Positions 35,345-45,415 are shown, counted from the first letter of the stretch. The stretch is DNA of 64,000 bases from an uncultured Lachnospiraceae bacterium (GCA_910587935.1 CAJUNP010000013.1:2070-66069), one strand, 5' to 3'. The notes: generated from the sequence alone by a model not told the origin. Made by a program: numbers and translations.

Positions 35345-37468
35345 ATGGATAACAATAATCTGAATGAATATGATAATGGGAACGGATATAACGGCGGCCA
35401 GAATGGCCCCGGCAAAGGCGGACCGGGCCAGGGCGGTCCCGGCGGCCAGAACAGAAAGCCGAGCTTAATGTTTATTCTGCTTGTAGCGCTGTTTACCCTG
35501 ATGATGGTAAGCTTTTTATTGCGCTTTTTTTCCTCCGGCAATAATGCCAGTGAGATTACCTGGTCTGAGTTTCTTGCAATGGTGGAAGAAGAAAAAATAG
35601 AAAGCGTGGAGATTTCTTCCGATTTAACCCGGATTACCATTTACACGAAAGAATCAAAGAAGGAAGATTCGAATCTTCCCGACTGGTACATTTACGGCAA
35701 TCTTATGTCGGATTCCCGCGACGTATTTTATACGGGATATGTGGATGATGAAGAACTGATTCCTTACCTGAAGGAGCAGGGCGTAGAGGTATCCAGAGAA
35801 ATACCGGATAATTCAGGGATGCTGCTTTCCATCCTTCTGACTTATGTACTGCCGGTTATTCTCGTACTGGTATTTTTCAATTTCATATTCCGGAAAATGT
35901 CCGGCAGCGGCGGACCTATGGGAGTCGGGAAAAATACGGCCAAAGTATATGTGCAGAAAGAAACAGGCGTTACCTTTAAGGATGTGGCGGGCGTTGATGA
36001 AGCAAAGGAATCGCTGGTCGAAGTGGTGGATTTTCTTCATAATCCCGGCAGATATACCAAGATCGGGGCAAAGCTCCCCAAGGGCGCATTGCTGGTGGGA
36101 CCTCCCGGAACCGGTAAAACGTTACTGGCGAAAGCCGTCGCAGGAGAAGCGGGCGTTCCCTTCTTTTCCCTGACCGGTTCGGATTTTATAGAGATGTACG
36201 TGGGCGTCGGAGCATCCCGTGTCAGGGATTTGTTTAAGGAAGCTAACAAAAACGCTCCCTGTATCGTATTTATAGACGAAATCGACGCCATCGGGCGAAG
36301 CCGAGATTCCCGGTACGGCGGCGGTAACGAAGAAAGAGAACAGACCTTGAATCAGCTGCTGTCTGAAATGGACGGTTTCGACAGCTCCAAGGGCGTTTTG
36401 ATTCTGGGGGCTACGAACCGTCCCGAGATTCTGGATAAGGCCCTTTTGCGTCCCGGACGGTTTGACCGGAGAATCATTGTGGAAAGTCCGGACCTGAAAG
36501 GACGTGTTGAGATCTTAAAGGTACATTCCAAAGACGTGAAGATGGATGAAACCGTAGATTTGAATGCGATAGCCCTTGCTACCAGCGGCGCCGTAGGTTC
36601 GGATCTTGCCAACATGATTAACGAGGCTGCCATCATCGCGGTTAAAGATAAAAGAGACTTTGTAAGCCAGAAGGATCTTTTTGAAGCCGTAGAACAGGTT
36701 CTTATGGGCAAGGAGAAAAAAGACCGTGTTATGAGCCAGGAGGAGCGTAAGGTGGTGGCTTATCACGAAGTTGGCCATGCTCTGATCAGCGCATTGCAAA
36801 AGAATACCGAGCCGGTACAGAAAATTACCATTATTCCCCGAATGAAGGGCGCGCTGGGATACGTTATGCACGTGCCGGAAGAAGAAAAATTCCTGGAGAC
36901 GAAGATTCAATTGGAAGAGAGACTGGTTTCGCTTGTAGGCGGCCGTGCCGCGGAAGAGATAGTCTTTCATATGGTTTCCAGCGGCGCGGCTAACGATATT
37001 GAGCAGGCTACTAATATTGCGCGGACTATGGTTACCCGTCTTGGTATGAGTGAGAAATTTGGACTGATGGGACTGGCTCACGTAGAAAGCCAGTATCTGG
37101 AGAAAAGAGCCGTTTTAGACTGCAGCGAGGCAACCTCCGCGGAAGTCGATGAAGAGGTTAAGCGGATTCTGAAAGAAAGTTATGATACGGCGCTTGCCTT
37201 ACTCCGCGAAAATATACCGCTTATGGAAAAACTGGCAGAACACCTTCTTGAAAAAGAGACGATTACCGGCAAGGAATTTATGGAAATATACCGCCGTGAA
37301 AAAGGCCTTCCCGATCCGGAAAAAGAATCCGGGGACAACAGCCCCGAGCCGGAAGAGACAAAAGAGCAGCCGGAGGAATCTCCATCTGAGCAGAGCGAAT
37401 CCCCTTCCTCACAACAACAGCCGGGAATTTTCTCCAATACTGTCATAACCGATCAGGACAACCGATAA
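35345..37468 (+). CDS. ftsH: ATP-dependent zinc metalloprotease FtsH
   Basis: Walker A GPPGTGKTLLAKA, Walker B IVFIDEIDA, SRH GATNRPEILDKALLRPGRFDR, zinc site AYHEVGHAL. The start is ATG 35345 (GGAG, 5 nt) or ATG 35315. Confidence 0.95.
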   Translation: MDNNNLNEYDNGNGYNGGQNGPGKGGPGQGGPGGQNRKPSLMFILLVALFTLMMVSFLLRFFSSGNNASEITWSEFLAMVEEEKIESVEISSDLTRITIYTKESKKEDSNLPDWYIYGNLMSDSRDVFYTGYVDDEELIPYLKEQGVEVSREIPDNSGMLLSILLTYVLPVILVLVFFNFIFRKMSGSGGPMGVGKNTAKVYVQKETGVTFKDVAGVDEAKESLVEVVDFLHNPGRYTKIGAKLPKGALLVGPPGTGKTLLAKAVAGEAGVPFFSLTGSDFIEMYVGVGASRVRDLFKEANKNAPCIVFIDEIDAIGRSRDSRYGGGNEEREQTLNQLLSEMDGFDSSKGVLILGATNRPEILDKALLRPGRFDRRIIVESPDLKGRVEILKVHSKDVKMDETVDLNAIALATSGAVGSDLANMINEAAIIAVKDKRDFVSQKDLFEAVEQVLMGKEKKDRVMSQEERKVVAYHEVGHALISALQKNTEPVQKITIIPRMKGALGYVMHVPEEEKFLETKIQLEERLVSLVGGRAAEEIVFHMVSSGAANDIEQATNIARTMVTRLGMSEKFGLMGLAHVESQYLEKRAVLDCSEATSAEVDEEVKRILKESYDTALALLRENIPLMEKLAEHLLEKETITGKEFMEIYRREKGLPDPEKESGDNSPEPEETKEQPEESPSEQSESPSSQQQPGIFSNTVITDQDNR

Positions 37469-37539
37469 TATCATAATAAAGGAGCGGTCAATATCCATAA
37501 GGTACAAAGAGGATATTGGCCGCCTTTACAGGTGCGGAT

Positions 37540-39435
37540 ATGTTTAACGTGGAAGACGAATTAAAAAAATTACCCCATAATCCCGGCGTCTACTTAATGC
37601 ATGACAAAAACGACGCCATTATTTATGTGGGAAAAGCTATCGATTTGTTTAACCGGGTTCACTCTTATTTTCGGGCGGGAACAAAAAAAAGTCCGAAAAT
37701 TCAGAAGATGGTGACCCAGATTGTACGTTTTGAATATATCATTACGGATTCGGAGCTGGAAGCGCTGGTGCTGGAAAACAATCTGATCAAAGAGCACGCG
37801 CCGAAATACAACACCATGCTCAAGGATGATAAAACCTATCCGTATATTAAAGTGACAATGGGAGAGGACTATCCGAGAGTCCTTTTTTCGCGCGTCATGA
37901 AAAAAGATAAATCCCGGTACTTTGGGCCTTATACCAGCGCGGGCGCCGTAAAAGACACGATTGAACTGCTGAATAAGCTCTTTATGCTCAGGACCTGCAG
38001 CCGGAATTTGCCGAAGGAAATCGGCGCAGACAGGCCCTGCCTGAATTATCATATCAAACAGTGCCTTGCGCCCTGCCAGGGTACGGTTAGCAGGGAAGAA
38101 TACAGGGAGCGCGTTTCACAGGCTCTGGATTTTTTAAACGGGAATTACAATATACTGTTAAAGGATCTGGAAATTAAAATGAAAGACGCTTCCGCCGCTA
38201 TGGAATTTGAGGAAGCCATCCGATACCGGGACCTGTACAACAGCGTGAAACAAGTGGCCCAGAAGCAGAAAATAACCGACAGCAACGGAGAAGATAAAGA
38301 CATTCTCGCGTTGGCCAAGGACGAAGAAGATGCGGTGGTGCAGGTATTTTTTGTGCGCGACGGGAAACTGATCGGGAGAGAGCATTTTTATATGACCCAC
38401 GTTGCGGATACGGAAGAAGAGCAGATTCTTCTCGATTTTGTGAAACAGTTTTATGCGGGAACTCCGTATATTCCCAGGGAACTTATGCTTCAGATGCAGA
38501 TTGAAGAACAGGAAATTCTGGAAAAGTGGCTTTCCGCCCGCAAAGGAAGCCGGGTATATATCCGGATTCCCAAAAAAGGAAGCAAGGAAAAACTGGTGGA
38601 ACTGGCACGGAACAACGCGCATCTGGTATTGAGCCAGGATCGGGAAAAGCTGAAACGGGAAGAGGGACGCACCATCGGCGCGGTCAAAGAGATCGCCTCG
38701 CTGCTTTCCCTGGAAAATATCAGCCGGATGGAAGCTTTCGACATTTCCAATATTAACGGATTTGAAAACGTGGGTTCCATGGTGGTTTATGAAAAAGGAA
38801 AACCCAAACGCAGCGATTACCGCAAATTCAGAATCCGTACGGTTTCTGGTCCCGATGATTACGCCTGCATGAAGGAAGTGCTGACAAGGCGTTTTCTGCA
38901 CGGCATGGAGGAAGCAAAGAAATTAAAGGATAAAGAGATCGACCAGGAATTCGGAAGCTTTACCAGATTCCCGGATCTTCTTCTGATGGACGGAGGAAAA
39001 GGACAGATTAATATAGCGTTGGAGGTATTGCAGGAGCTTCACATTACGATTCCTGTCTGCGGAATGGTTAAGGATGATAATCACAGAACCAGGGGACTAT
39101 ATTATCAGAACAGGGAAATACCTATGGATACCCGTTCCGAGGGCTTTAAGCTGATTACCCGAATCCAGGACGAGGCACACCGTTTTGCCATCGAATACCA
39201 TCGCTCCCTGCGCAGTAAAGGACAGGTAAAATCCGTATTGGACGATATACCGGGAGTAGGGCCGGCAAGAAGGAAGGCGTTAATGAAAAGCTTCCCTTCC
39301 ATTGATGCCATTAAGGCTGCGGGCGTGGAAGAACTTTTGCAGATCCCGGAGATTACCCAGGCGGCAGCGGAAGAAATATATCGCTTTTTTCATAAAGAAC
39401 CCACTTGTTCACAGGATGCGGGTGTGATACAATAA
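37540..39435 (+). CDS. uvrC: Excinuclease ABC subunit C
   Basis: [25 protein letters not shown]...RVHSYF. UVR domain [28 protein letters not shown]-terminal HhH2 [17 protein letters not shown] take ATG 37540 as the start. Confidence 0.95.
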   Translation: MFNVEDELKKLPHNPGVYLMHDKNDAIIYVGKAIDLFNRVHSYFRAGTKKSPKIQKMVTQIVRFEYIITDSELEALVLENNLIKEHAPKYNTMLKDDKTYPYIKVTMGEDYPRVLFSRVMKKDKSRYFGPYTSAGAVKDTIELLNKLFMLRTCSRNLPKEIGADRPCLNYHIKQCLAPCQGTVSREEYRERVSQALDFLNGNYNILLKDLEIKMKDASAAMEFEEAIRYRDLYNSVKQVAQKQKITDSNGEDKDILALAKDEEDAVVQVFFVRDGKLIGREHFYMTHVADTEEEQILLDFVKQFYAGTPYIPRELMLQMQIEEQEILEKWLSARKGSRVYIRIPKKGSKEKLVELARNNAHLVLSQDREKLKREEGRTIGAVKEIASLLSLENISRMEAFDISNINGFENVGSMVVYEKGKPKRSDYRKFRIRTVSGPDDYACMKEVLTRRFLHGMEEAKKLKDKEIDQEFGSFTRFPDLLLMDGGKGQINIALEVLQELHITIPVCGMVKDDNHRTRGLYYQNREIPMDTRSEGFKLITRIQDEAHRFAIEYHRSLRSKGQVKSVLDDIPGVGPARRKALMKSFPSIDAIKAAGVEELLQIPEITQAAAEEIYRFFHKEPTCSQDAGVIQ

Positions 39436-39484
39436 ATAATCGGCAGAAGTGTGCATATTTCCATAAAGAAGGAGAAGAGTTATT

Positions 39485-40429
39485 ATGGCAAGTGTCAGTT
39501 TGATGAGAATTATCGACAAAATGAAACTGGAAAACCTGACGCCCGAAATAGACATCACGGGAATCAAAATTACACAGCCGGACATTAACCGCCCGGCGCT
39601 GCAGATGGCCGGATATTTCGAACATTTTGAGGCTACGCGTCTCCAGATTATCGGGTTTGTGGAGTACACTTACATGGCGTCTATGGAGGAGGAACGCAAA
39701 AGCTTTATCTATGAGAAGCTTCTTTCCAACGATATCCCCGGAATTGTATTTTGCCGGGAACTGAAGCCGGATCCCAAGTTTATGGAAATTGCCGTTAAAA
39801 ATAAAGTTCCCGTGTTAACGACCAAAAAAGCAACGTCCGCATTTATGGCTGAGATTATCAGATGGCTGAACGTTAAGCTGGCGCCCTGTATTTCCGTACA
39901 CGGCGTATTGGTAGATGTATACGGGGAAGGCGTACTGATTACCGGCGAGAGCGGAATCGGTAAGTCGGAAGCGGCGCTGGAGCTTATCAAGAGAGGACAC
40001 CGCCTGGTTACGGACGACGTAGTGGAGATCCGCAAAGTCAGCGACGATACCCTGATCGGAACGGCTCCTGATATTACCAAGCATTTTATAGAATTACGAG
40101 GTATCGGTATTGTTGACGTAAAGACACTGTTCGGTGTTTCCAGCGTAAAAGACACACAGAATATCGATCTTGTTATCCGGCTGGAGGACTGGGATAAGGA
40201 TAAAGAGTACGACCGGCTGGGGTTAGAAGAAGAATATACGGAATATCTTGGCAATAAAGTGGTATGCCATAACATTCCCATCCGTCCCGGACGGAATCTT
40301 GCGATTATCTGCGAGTCTGCCGCCGTTAACCACAGGCAGAAAAAGATGGGTTATAACGCGGCCCAGGAGCTTTATACCAGGGTGCAGAATTCGCTGGCGA
40401 GACGACGCGATGAAGAAGATGAAAGATAA
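39485..40429 (+). CDS. hprK: HPr kinase/phosphorylase
   Basis: 314 aa. P-loop GESGIGKSEAALELIKRGHRLVTDD. Signature ELRGIGIVDV. Confidence 0.95.
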   Translation: MASVSLMRIIDKMKLENLTPEIDITGIKITQPDINRPALQMAGYFEHFEATRLQIIGFVEYTYMASMEEERKSFIYEKLLSNDIPGIVFCRELKPDPKFMEIAVKNKVPVLTTKKATSAFMAEIIRWLNVKLAPCISVHGVLVDVYGEGVLITGESGIGKSEAALELIKRGHRLVTDDVVEIRKVSDDTLIGTAPDITKHFIELRGIGIVDVKTLFGVSSVKDTQNIDLVIRLEDWDKDKEYDRLGLEEEYTEYLGNKVVCHNIPIRPGRNLAIICESAAVNHRQKKMGYNAAQELYTRVQNSLARRRDEEDER

Positions 40430-40460
40430 ATCAGTTAAAAACGGAAGGAAGGGTAAAAAT

Positions 40461-41399
40461 ATGGGCAAATATGTATTTGGTGTAGATGTCGGCGGTACAA
40501 GCGTGAAGCTGGGGTTGTTTGACGTAGAAGGAGAGCTTTTGGATAAATGGGAGATACCCACCCGTACCGAAAACGGCGGAAGTGCGATTCTGCCGGATGT
40601 GGCGAAAAGCGTTAAGGCAAAAATTGCGGAAAAAGGAATTGCTGTGGCGGACGTGGCCGGCGTGGGCCTTGGCGCTCCCGGACCGATCGATGCACAAGGC
40701 GTTGTTTATAATGCCGTGAATCTTGGCTGGGGCGTTTTCAGTATTAAGGACACCCTATCGGAATTGCTCGGACTTCCGGTTATGGCCGGTAACGATGCGA
40801 ATGTGGCGGCCCTCGGAGAAATGTGGAAGGGCGGCGGACAGGGTTATAAAAATGTCGTTGCGGTCACTCTCGGCACCGGAGTGGGCGGCGGAATTATCGT
40901 AGAAGGAAAGATTCTTACGGGTTCTACGGGAGCCGGGGGAGAGATCGGCCATATTCATGTGGAGGACCGGGAGGAAGAAGCATGTAACTGCAAGAACTTC
41001 GGATGTCTTGAACAATACACGTCTGCAACCGGTATTGTAAGACTGGCAAAAAGGCGTCTTGCAATGGACGACAAACCCAGCGCCATAAGAAGGGATAAAA
41101 TCAGCGCCAAGACCGTCTTTGACGCAGTGAAGGCGGGCGATGAAGTTGCAATGGAAGTGGCGAAACAGTTTGGCGAATATCTGGGAAAAGGACTTGCAGC
41201 GATTGCGGGCGTTTTGAATCCTGAAATTTTTGTAATCGGCGGCGGCGTATCCAAGGCAGGGGAAGTGTTATTTGATTACATAGTGCCTCCGTTTAAAAGA
41301 ACCGTATTCCAGGGCTGCCGGAAGGTAGAGTTTGCATTGGCGACCTTAGGGAACGACGCCGGTATTTACGGCGCTGCAAAGCTGGTTCTCGGAGAATAA
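40461..41399 (+). CDS. glcK: ROK-family glucokinase
   Basis: ATG 40461 follows GGAAGGAAGGG. ATP motif FGVDVGGTSVKLGLFD. ROK zinc motif GEIGHIHV...CNCKNFGCLEQY. The 40248-40460 extension in the track overlaps hprK and is discounted. Confidence 0.9.
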   Translation: MGKYVFGVDVGGTSVKLGLFDVEGELLDKWEIPTRTENGGSAILPDVAKSVKAKIAEKGIAVADVAGVGLGAPGPIDAQGVVYNAVNLGWGVFSIKDTLSELLGLPVMAGNDANVAALGEMWKGGGQGYKNVVAVTLGTGVGGGIIVEGKILTGSTGAGGEIGHIHVEDREEEACNCKNFGCLEQYTSATGIVRLAKRRLAMDDKPSAIRRDKISAKTVFDAVKAGDEVAMEVAKQFGEYLGKGLAAIAGVLNPEIFVIGGGVSKAGEVLFDYIVPPFKRTVFQGCRKVEFALATLGNDAGIYGAAKLVLGE

Positions 41400-41463
41400 G
41401 CGGTAAAGTTCCGGACCGTCCGGAATAGAATAAATTAATAACAGGAGAACCGGGGTTAAAAAA

Positions 41464-42378
41464 ATGATTAGTACGACCGTACAGGGAATTTTGGCAGGCT
41501 TTGTACCCGAAGAACATATTTTAATACAGGAACCCTTAAGCAGACACACTACCTTTCAGGTGGGAGGCGAGGCGGACTGCGTGATTCTGATCGAAACGGA
41601 GGAAGAGCTGAGCGCGTTGAACAGGTATCTGAATCAAATCGGCCTGCCTTATTTTGTGTTGGGAAACGGAAGTAATCTTCTGGTCAGTGATCAGGGATTT
41701 CACGGTATCGTTTTGAAAACAAAAGGAAATTTTGAAAAAATCAGTACAAATGGCAATAAAATAACGGCCCAGGCAGGTGCGCTGCTTTCCCAGATAGCGA
41801 AAGAAGCATGTGAACAGGGACTGACGGGAATGGAATTTGCAGCCGGGATTCCCGGAACCGCAGGAGGCGCCGTAATTATGAACGCGGGCGCTTACGGCGG
41901 AGAAATGGCGCAGGTGGTAGAACAGGTAAGACTTATAGGCCAAAGCGGCGAAGTTTTTACCATGACTAATGCGGCCTTGGAATTCGGATACCGCAAAAGC
42001 GCCATTAAGAATCTGCCTTTTATCGTAACAGAGGTTACTTTTGCGCTGCAAAAAGGAGAACCGGAACAAATCAGGGCTAAAATGAACGAGCTGGCGGCGG
42101 CGAGACGTGAAAAACAACCGCTTCAATACCCAAGCGCCGGAAGCACATTTAAAAGACCGGAGGGATATTTTGCCGGCAAATTAATAATGGACGCAGGTTT
42201 CAGAGGATACAGTCTGGGCGGGGCGCAGGTGTCCGAAAAACATTGCGGTTTCATTATAAATAAGGGTAATGCAACGGCGCAGGATATTTCGGATCTGATC
42301 CAGGAGGTTTCGGAAGGCGTATATGAGAAATTCAGGGTAAGACTGGAACCGGAAGTGATCAGAATAGGAAGTTTTTAG
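41464..42378 (+). CDS. murB: UDP-N-acetylenolpyruvoylglucosamine reductase
   Basis: 304 aa. FAD-binding FVLGNGSNLLVSD, GIPGTAGGAVIMNAGAYGGE, SAGSTFKRP. Confidence 0.95.
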   Translation: MISTTVQGILAGFVPEEHILIQEPLSRHTTFQVGGEADCVILIETEEELSALNRYLNQIGLPYFVLGNGSNLLVSDQGFHGIVLKTKGNFEKISTNGNKITAQAGALLSQIAKEACEQGLTGMEFAAGIPGTAGGAVIMNAGAYGGEMAQVVEQVRLIGQSGEVFTMTNAALEFGYRKSAIKNLPFIVTEVTFALQKGEPEQIRAKMNELAAARREKQPLQYPSAGSTFKRPEGYFAGKLIMDAGFRGYSLGGAQVSEKHCGFIINKGNATAQDISDLIQEVSEGVYEKFRVRLEPEVIRIGSF

Positions 42379-42394
42379 CAGGACAGGAAGACAT

Positions 42395-43249
42395 ATGAGA
42401 TTCGTTATTGTAACCGGAATGAGCGGCGGCGGTAAGAGTACCGCGTTAAAAATGTTGGAAGATGCGGGATTTTATTGTGTGGATAATCTGCCGGTATCTC
42501 TGATCAATAAGTTTGTTGAACTGATTGCCACTCCCGACAGTGAAATCAGCAAAGTGGCCCTGGGGCTGGATGTCCGCACGGCGCAGTCTTTTTCGAAAGT
42601 AGAAGAAGTTTTAACGCATTTAAAAGAAAGTGGTTATGTATTCGAAATTCTATTTATGGAAGCGTCGGAAAGTACGCTGATTAAAAGGTATAAAGAGAGC
42701 AGACGTGTTCATCCCCTGAATCTTGACGGCAGGGTGGAGGACGGTGTCAGAAGAGAACGCAAAATACTGGAGGGAATTCGCAAAAAGTCGGATTATGTCA
42801 TTGATACGACAAGGCTTTTAACCAGAGAACTGAAAGAAGAACTGGACCGTATATTCATTAAAAATGAAGAATATAATAGCCTCATAATTACAATCCTGTC
42901 CTTCGGCTTCAAAAATGGAATTCCGGGAGATGCGGATCTTGTTTTTGACGTAAGGTTTCTTCCGAATCCATACTATATTGATGAATTAAAACATAAAACG
43001 GGGAATGACCAGGAGGTCCGGGATTATGTTATGCGTTTTCCGGAAGCGGGAGAATTTCTGGACAGACTTACGGATATGATGAATTTTCTGATACCTGCGT
43101 ATGTTAAGGAAGGAAAGTATCAGCTTGTGGTAGCCATTGGCTGTACGGGGGGCAAGCACAGAAGCGTTACGCTGGCGAGAGAATTATACGGCAGACTGAA
43201 GGATAAAGGTAATTATGGGTTAAGGCTTTCTCACAGGGATGAAAGCTGA
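42395..43249 (+). CDS. rapZ: RNase adapter protein RapZ (YvcJ)
   Basis: 284 aa. P-loop VIVTGMSGGGKSTALKMLED. C-terminal FDVRFLPNPYY ... AIGCTGGKHRSV. Confidence 0.95.
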   Translation: MRFVIVTGMSGGGKSTALKMLEDAGFYCVDNLPVSLINKFVELIATPDSEISKVALGLDVRTAQSFSKVEEVLTHLKESGYVFEILFMEASESTLIKRYKESRRVHPLNLDGRVEDGVRRERKILEGIRKKSDYVIDTTRLLTRELKEELDRIFIKNEEYNSLIITILSFGFKNGIPGDADLVFDVRFLPNPYYIDELKHKTGNDQEVRDYVMRFPEAGEFLDRLTDMMNFLIPAYVKEGKYQLVVAIGCTGGKHRSVTLARELYGRLKDKGNYGLRLSHRDES

Positions 43250-43272
43250 CAGGTACATGAAGAGGTGTGGAC

Positions 43273-44139
43273 ATGTCTTTTTCTTCGGATGTAAAAGAAG
43301 AACTGACCAGACATATGGGCTCGGCAAGGCATTGCCAGATCGCAGAATTAGCCGCGGTCCTGCATTATGGGGGTCAATTCGGACAGACAGAAGATAACGG
43401 GCTGATCATTGGTTTTCAGACGGAAAATCCTGCAGTTTTAAGAAAAGGCTTTACATTATTGAAAAAAACATATAATATAGAAAATGTTATGGCGATTTAT
43501 GGTGACGAAAAGCAGAGCATTTTAGCGAAGTTCGGTGATTTGGCGGGACCGGTGAATCCGTTACTGCTCAAAAGCGCATGTTGTAAACGAGCATTTTTAA
43601 GAGGCGCTTTTCTGTGTATAGGTTCCATGAGCGATCCCAGTAAGAGTTATCATCTTGAATTCGTATGTGTAAAGCTTGCACAGGCCATGCAGCTGCAGGA
43701 GATTTTGACCGGCTTTTCCATAGAAGCCAAAATTGTCCGCAGGAAAAAGTATTATGTGGTATATGTAAAGGAAGGGTCCGCGATTGTAGAGCTTTTGGGG
43801 ATTATGGAAGCGCATGTTTCTCTTATGAGTTTTGAGAATCTTCGTATTTTAAAGGAGATGCGTAATTCCATAAACCGCCGGGTCAATTGTGAAGCGGCGA
43901 ATATTTCAAAAACGGTGAATGCATCCACAAAACAGGTGGAAGATATTATTTTGATTCGTGATACCTGCGGATTTGGCCGTCTGCCGGAGCATTTGAGACA
44001 GATGGCGGAAGTGCGGCTGGAACATCCGGATGCGACGCTGAAAGAACTGGGCGAATTTCTAAATCCCCCGGTCGGCAAATCAGGAGTGAACCATAGACTC
44101 CGCAAGCTAAGTGAATTTGCGGATGAAATAAGAGCGTAA
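43273..44139 (+). CDS. whiA: DNA-binding protein WhiA (YvcL)
   Basis: ATG 43273 follows GAGGTGTGG; GTG 43267 is an alternative. Degenerate LAGLIDADG-type core KRAFLRGAFLCIGSMSDPSKSYHLEF. C-terminal HTH LGEFLNPPVGKSGVNHRLRKL. Confidence 0.9.
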   Translation: MSFSSDVKEELTRHMGSARHCQIAELAAVLHYGGQFGQTEDNGLIIGFQTENPAVLRKGFTLLKKTYNIENVMAIYGDEKQSILAKFGDLAGPVNPLLLKSACCKRAFLRGAFLCIGSMSDPSKSYHLEFVCVKLAQAMQLQEILTGFSIEAKIVRRKKYYVVYVKEGSAIVELLGIMEAHVSLMSFENLRILKEMRNSINRRVNCEAANISKTVNASTKQVEDIILIRDTCGFGRLPEHLRQMAEVRLEHPDATLKELGEFLNPPVGKSGVNHRLRKLSEFADEIRA

Positions 44140-44158
44140 AGCCTGAAGGAGGAAAATT

Positions 44159-44419
44159 ATGATCAAAAAGTCTGTAACCATCAATTTGGAAAGCGGTCTG
44201 GAAGCGAGGCCCATTGCTTTGCTGGTGCAAAAGGCCAGCCAGCACGAAAGCAGTGTGTACATTGAAACCGGCGACAAAAGAGTGAACGCGAAGAGCATTA
44301 TGGGTATGATGAGTCTGGGATTGAACAGCGGCGAAATTCTTACGGTTATTGCTGAAGGAGAAGATGAAGATGTAGCGGTAACCGATATTGAGAAATTTTT
44401 AAGCGGTGCAAGCGCATAG
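44159..44419 (+). CDS. crh: HPr-family protein of the Crh type (Glu instead of His at position 15, Ser46 retained)
   Basis: 86 aa. LESGLEARPIALLVQ corresponds to the HPr GxHARPA box, with E at residue 15. RVNAKSIMGMMSLG has Ser46. Its position directly after whiA matches the B. subtilis yvcJ-yvcK-yvcL-crh order. Confidence 0.85.
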   Translation: MIKKSVTINLESGLEARPIALLVQKASQHESSVYIETGDKRVNAKSIMGMMSLGLNSGEILTVIAEGEDEDVAVTDIEKFLSGASA

Positions 44420-44450
44420 AAAATTACAGAAGTTTTTATACAAAAGAATC

Positions 44451-44475
44451 GGGGCATCGCAGGATGTCCCTTTTT
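44451..44475 (+). terminator. Rho-independent terminator after crh
   Basis: GGGGCATC, loop GCAG, GATGTCCC (one G-U pair), then TTTTT. Confidence 0.7.
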
Positions 44476-44509
44476 GATTCATAGTCAGAGCGTAAACGGA
44501 GCGTTATAT

Positions 44510-45415
44510 ATGGAGAAGAAGTTATTGTTTATATATAATCCGAAGTCCGGAAAGGCACAGATCAAAAACAGACTTTCCGATATTCTGGATTTATTTGTGA
44601 AGAAGGGATACCTGGTTACGGTGTATCCTACCCAAAGAAGAAAAGATGCCGTGAAAGCCGCTATGGAACTGGGAGGCGTTTATGACCGGATCGTATGCAG
44701 CGGCGGTGACGGAACACTGGACGAGGTAATTTCGGGACTCATGCAGGGAGGGCACCAGGTTCCGGTAGGGTATATTCCGGCGGGAAGTACGAATGATTTC
44801 GGGAACAGTCTGGGAATTCCCAAGGATATGCTGCAGGCGGCGGGGACCGCCGTGACGGGAAAGGAATTTGCATGCGATATGGGAACCTTTAACGACAGCA
44901 TTTTTGTTTATATTGCAGCGTTCGGAATTTTTACGGATGTTTCTTATGAGACGAAGCAGGAGATGAAAAATGTGCTTGGACATGTGGCGTACCTGCTGGA
45001 AGGGATGAAAAGGATTCCGGCGATCAAAACGTATGAGATGGCTTTTTCTTACGACGATATCCGTATAGAAGGGGAGTTCCTTTTTGGAATGATTACCAAT
45101 TCCGTATCGGTAGGGGGATTTAAGAGGATTACCGGTAAAAATGTGGTGCTGGATGACGGCGTTTTTGAGGTGACCTTAATTAAAAAACCTTCCAATGCCA
45201 TAGAACTGAACCGGATTATTACGGCGCTAATGAATAAGGATATCGATTCGGAGTGTATGTATTGTTTCCGGACAGGACACCTTAGCATTGAGACCGATCA
45301 GGATGTACCATGGACGCTGGACGGAGAATACGGGGGCAACCCGAAAAAAATAGAAATTTGTAATTTGAGAAGGGCGCAGGTTATTATGGTGCCGCCGCGG
45401 GATAAGGAAGTTTAA
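44510..45415 (+). CDS. Diacylglycerol/lipid kinase family protein (YegS/DagK-like)
   Basis: ATG 44510. Motifs LLFIYNPKSGK, RIVCSGGDGTLDEV, PAGSTNDF. Confidence 0.85.
   Translation: MEKKLLFIYNPKSGKAQIKNRLSDILDLFVKKGYLVTVYPTQRRKDAVKAAMELGGVYDRIVCSGGDGTLDEVISGLMQGGHQVPVGYIPAGSTNDFGNSLGIPKDMLQAAGTAVTGKEFACDMGTFNDSIFVYIAAFGIFTDVSYETKQEMKNVLGHVAYLLEGMKRIPAIKTYEMAFSYDDIRIEGEFLFGMITNSVSVGGFKRITGKNVVLDDGVFEVTLIKKPSNAIELNRIITALMNKDIDSECMYCFRTGHLSIETDQDVPWTLDGEYGGNPKKIEICNLRRAQVIMVPPRDKEV

Noticed and set aside
35266-35640. 124-aa minus-strand ORF containing PGPPWPGPPLPGP repeats
   Set aside because: It is the reverse-complement reading of the G/P/Q-rich 5' end of ftsH plus the promoter region. The repeat is a mirror of the ftsH low-complexity segment.
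36515-37081. 188-aa minus-strand ORF, plus 36352-36711 and 36037-36291
   Set aside because: All are antisense to ftsH.
38158-38901. 247-aa ORF on the minus strand
   Set aside because: It lies entirely antisense to uvrC, whose GIY-YIG, UVR and HhH motifs are unambiguous. It has no RBS and an odd F/H/P-rich composition typical of shadow ORFs.
39709-40281. 190-aa minus-strand ORF (Ser/Thr-rich)
   Set aside because: Antisense to hprK. Low-complexity translation of the opposite strand.
40248-40460. N-terminal 71-codon extension of the glucokinase ORF
   Set aside because: It overlaps the 3' end of hprK in another frame. A strong RBS precedes ATG 40461, which gives the canonical ROK N-terminus.
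41536-42126. 196-aa minus-strand ORF
   Set aside because: Antisense to murB. Shadow ORF with no motif or RBS.
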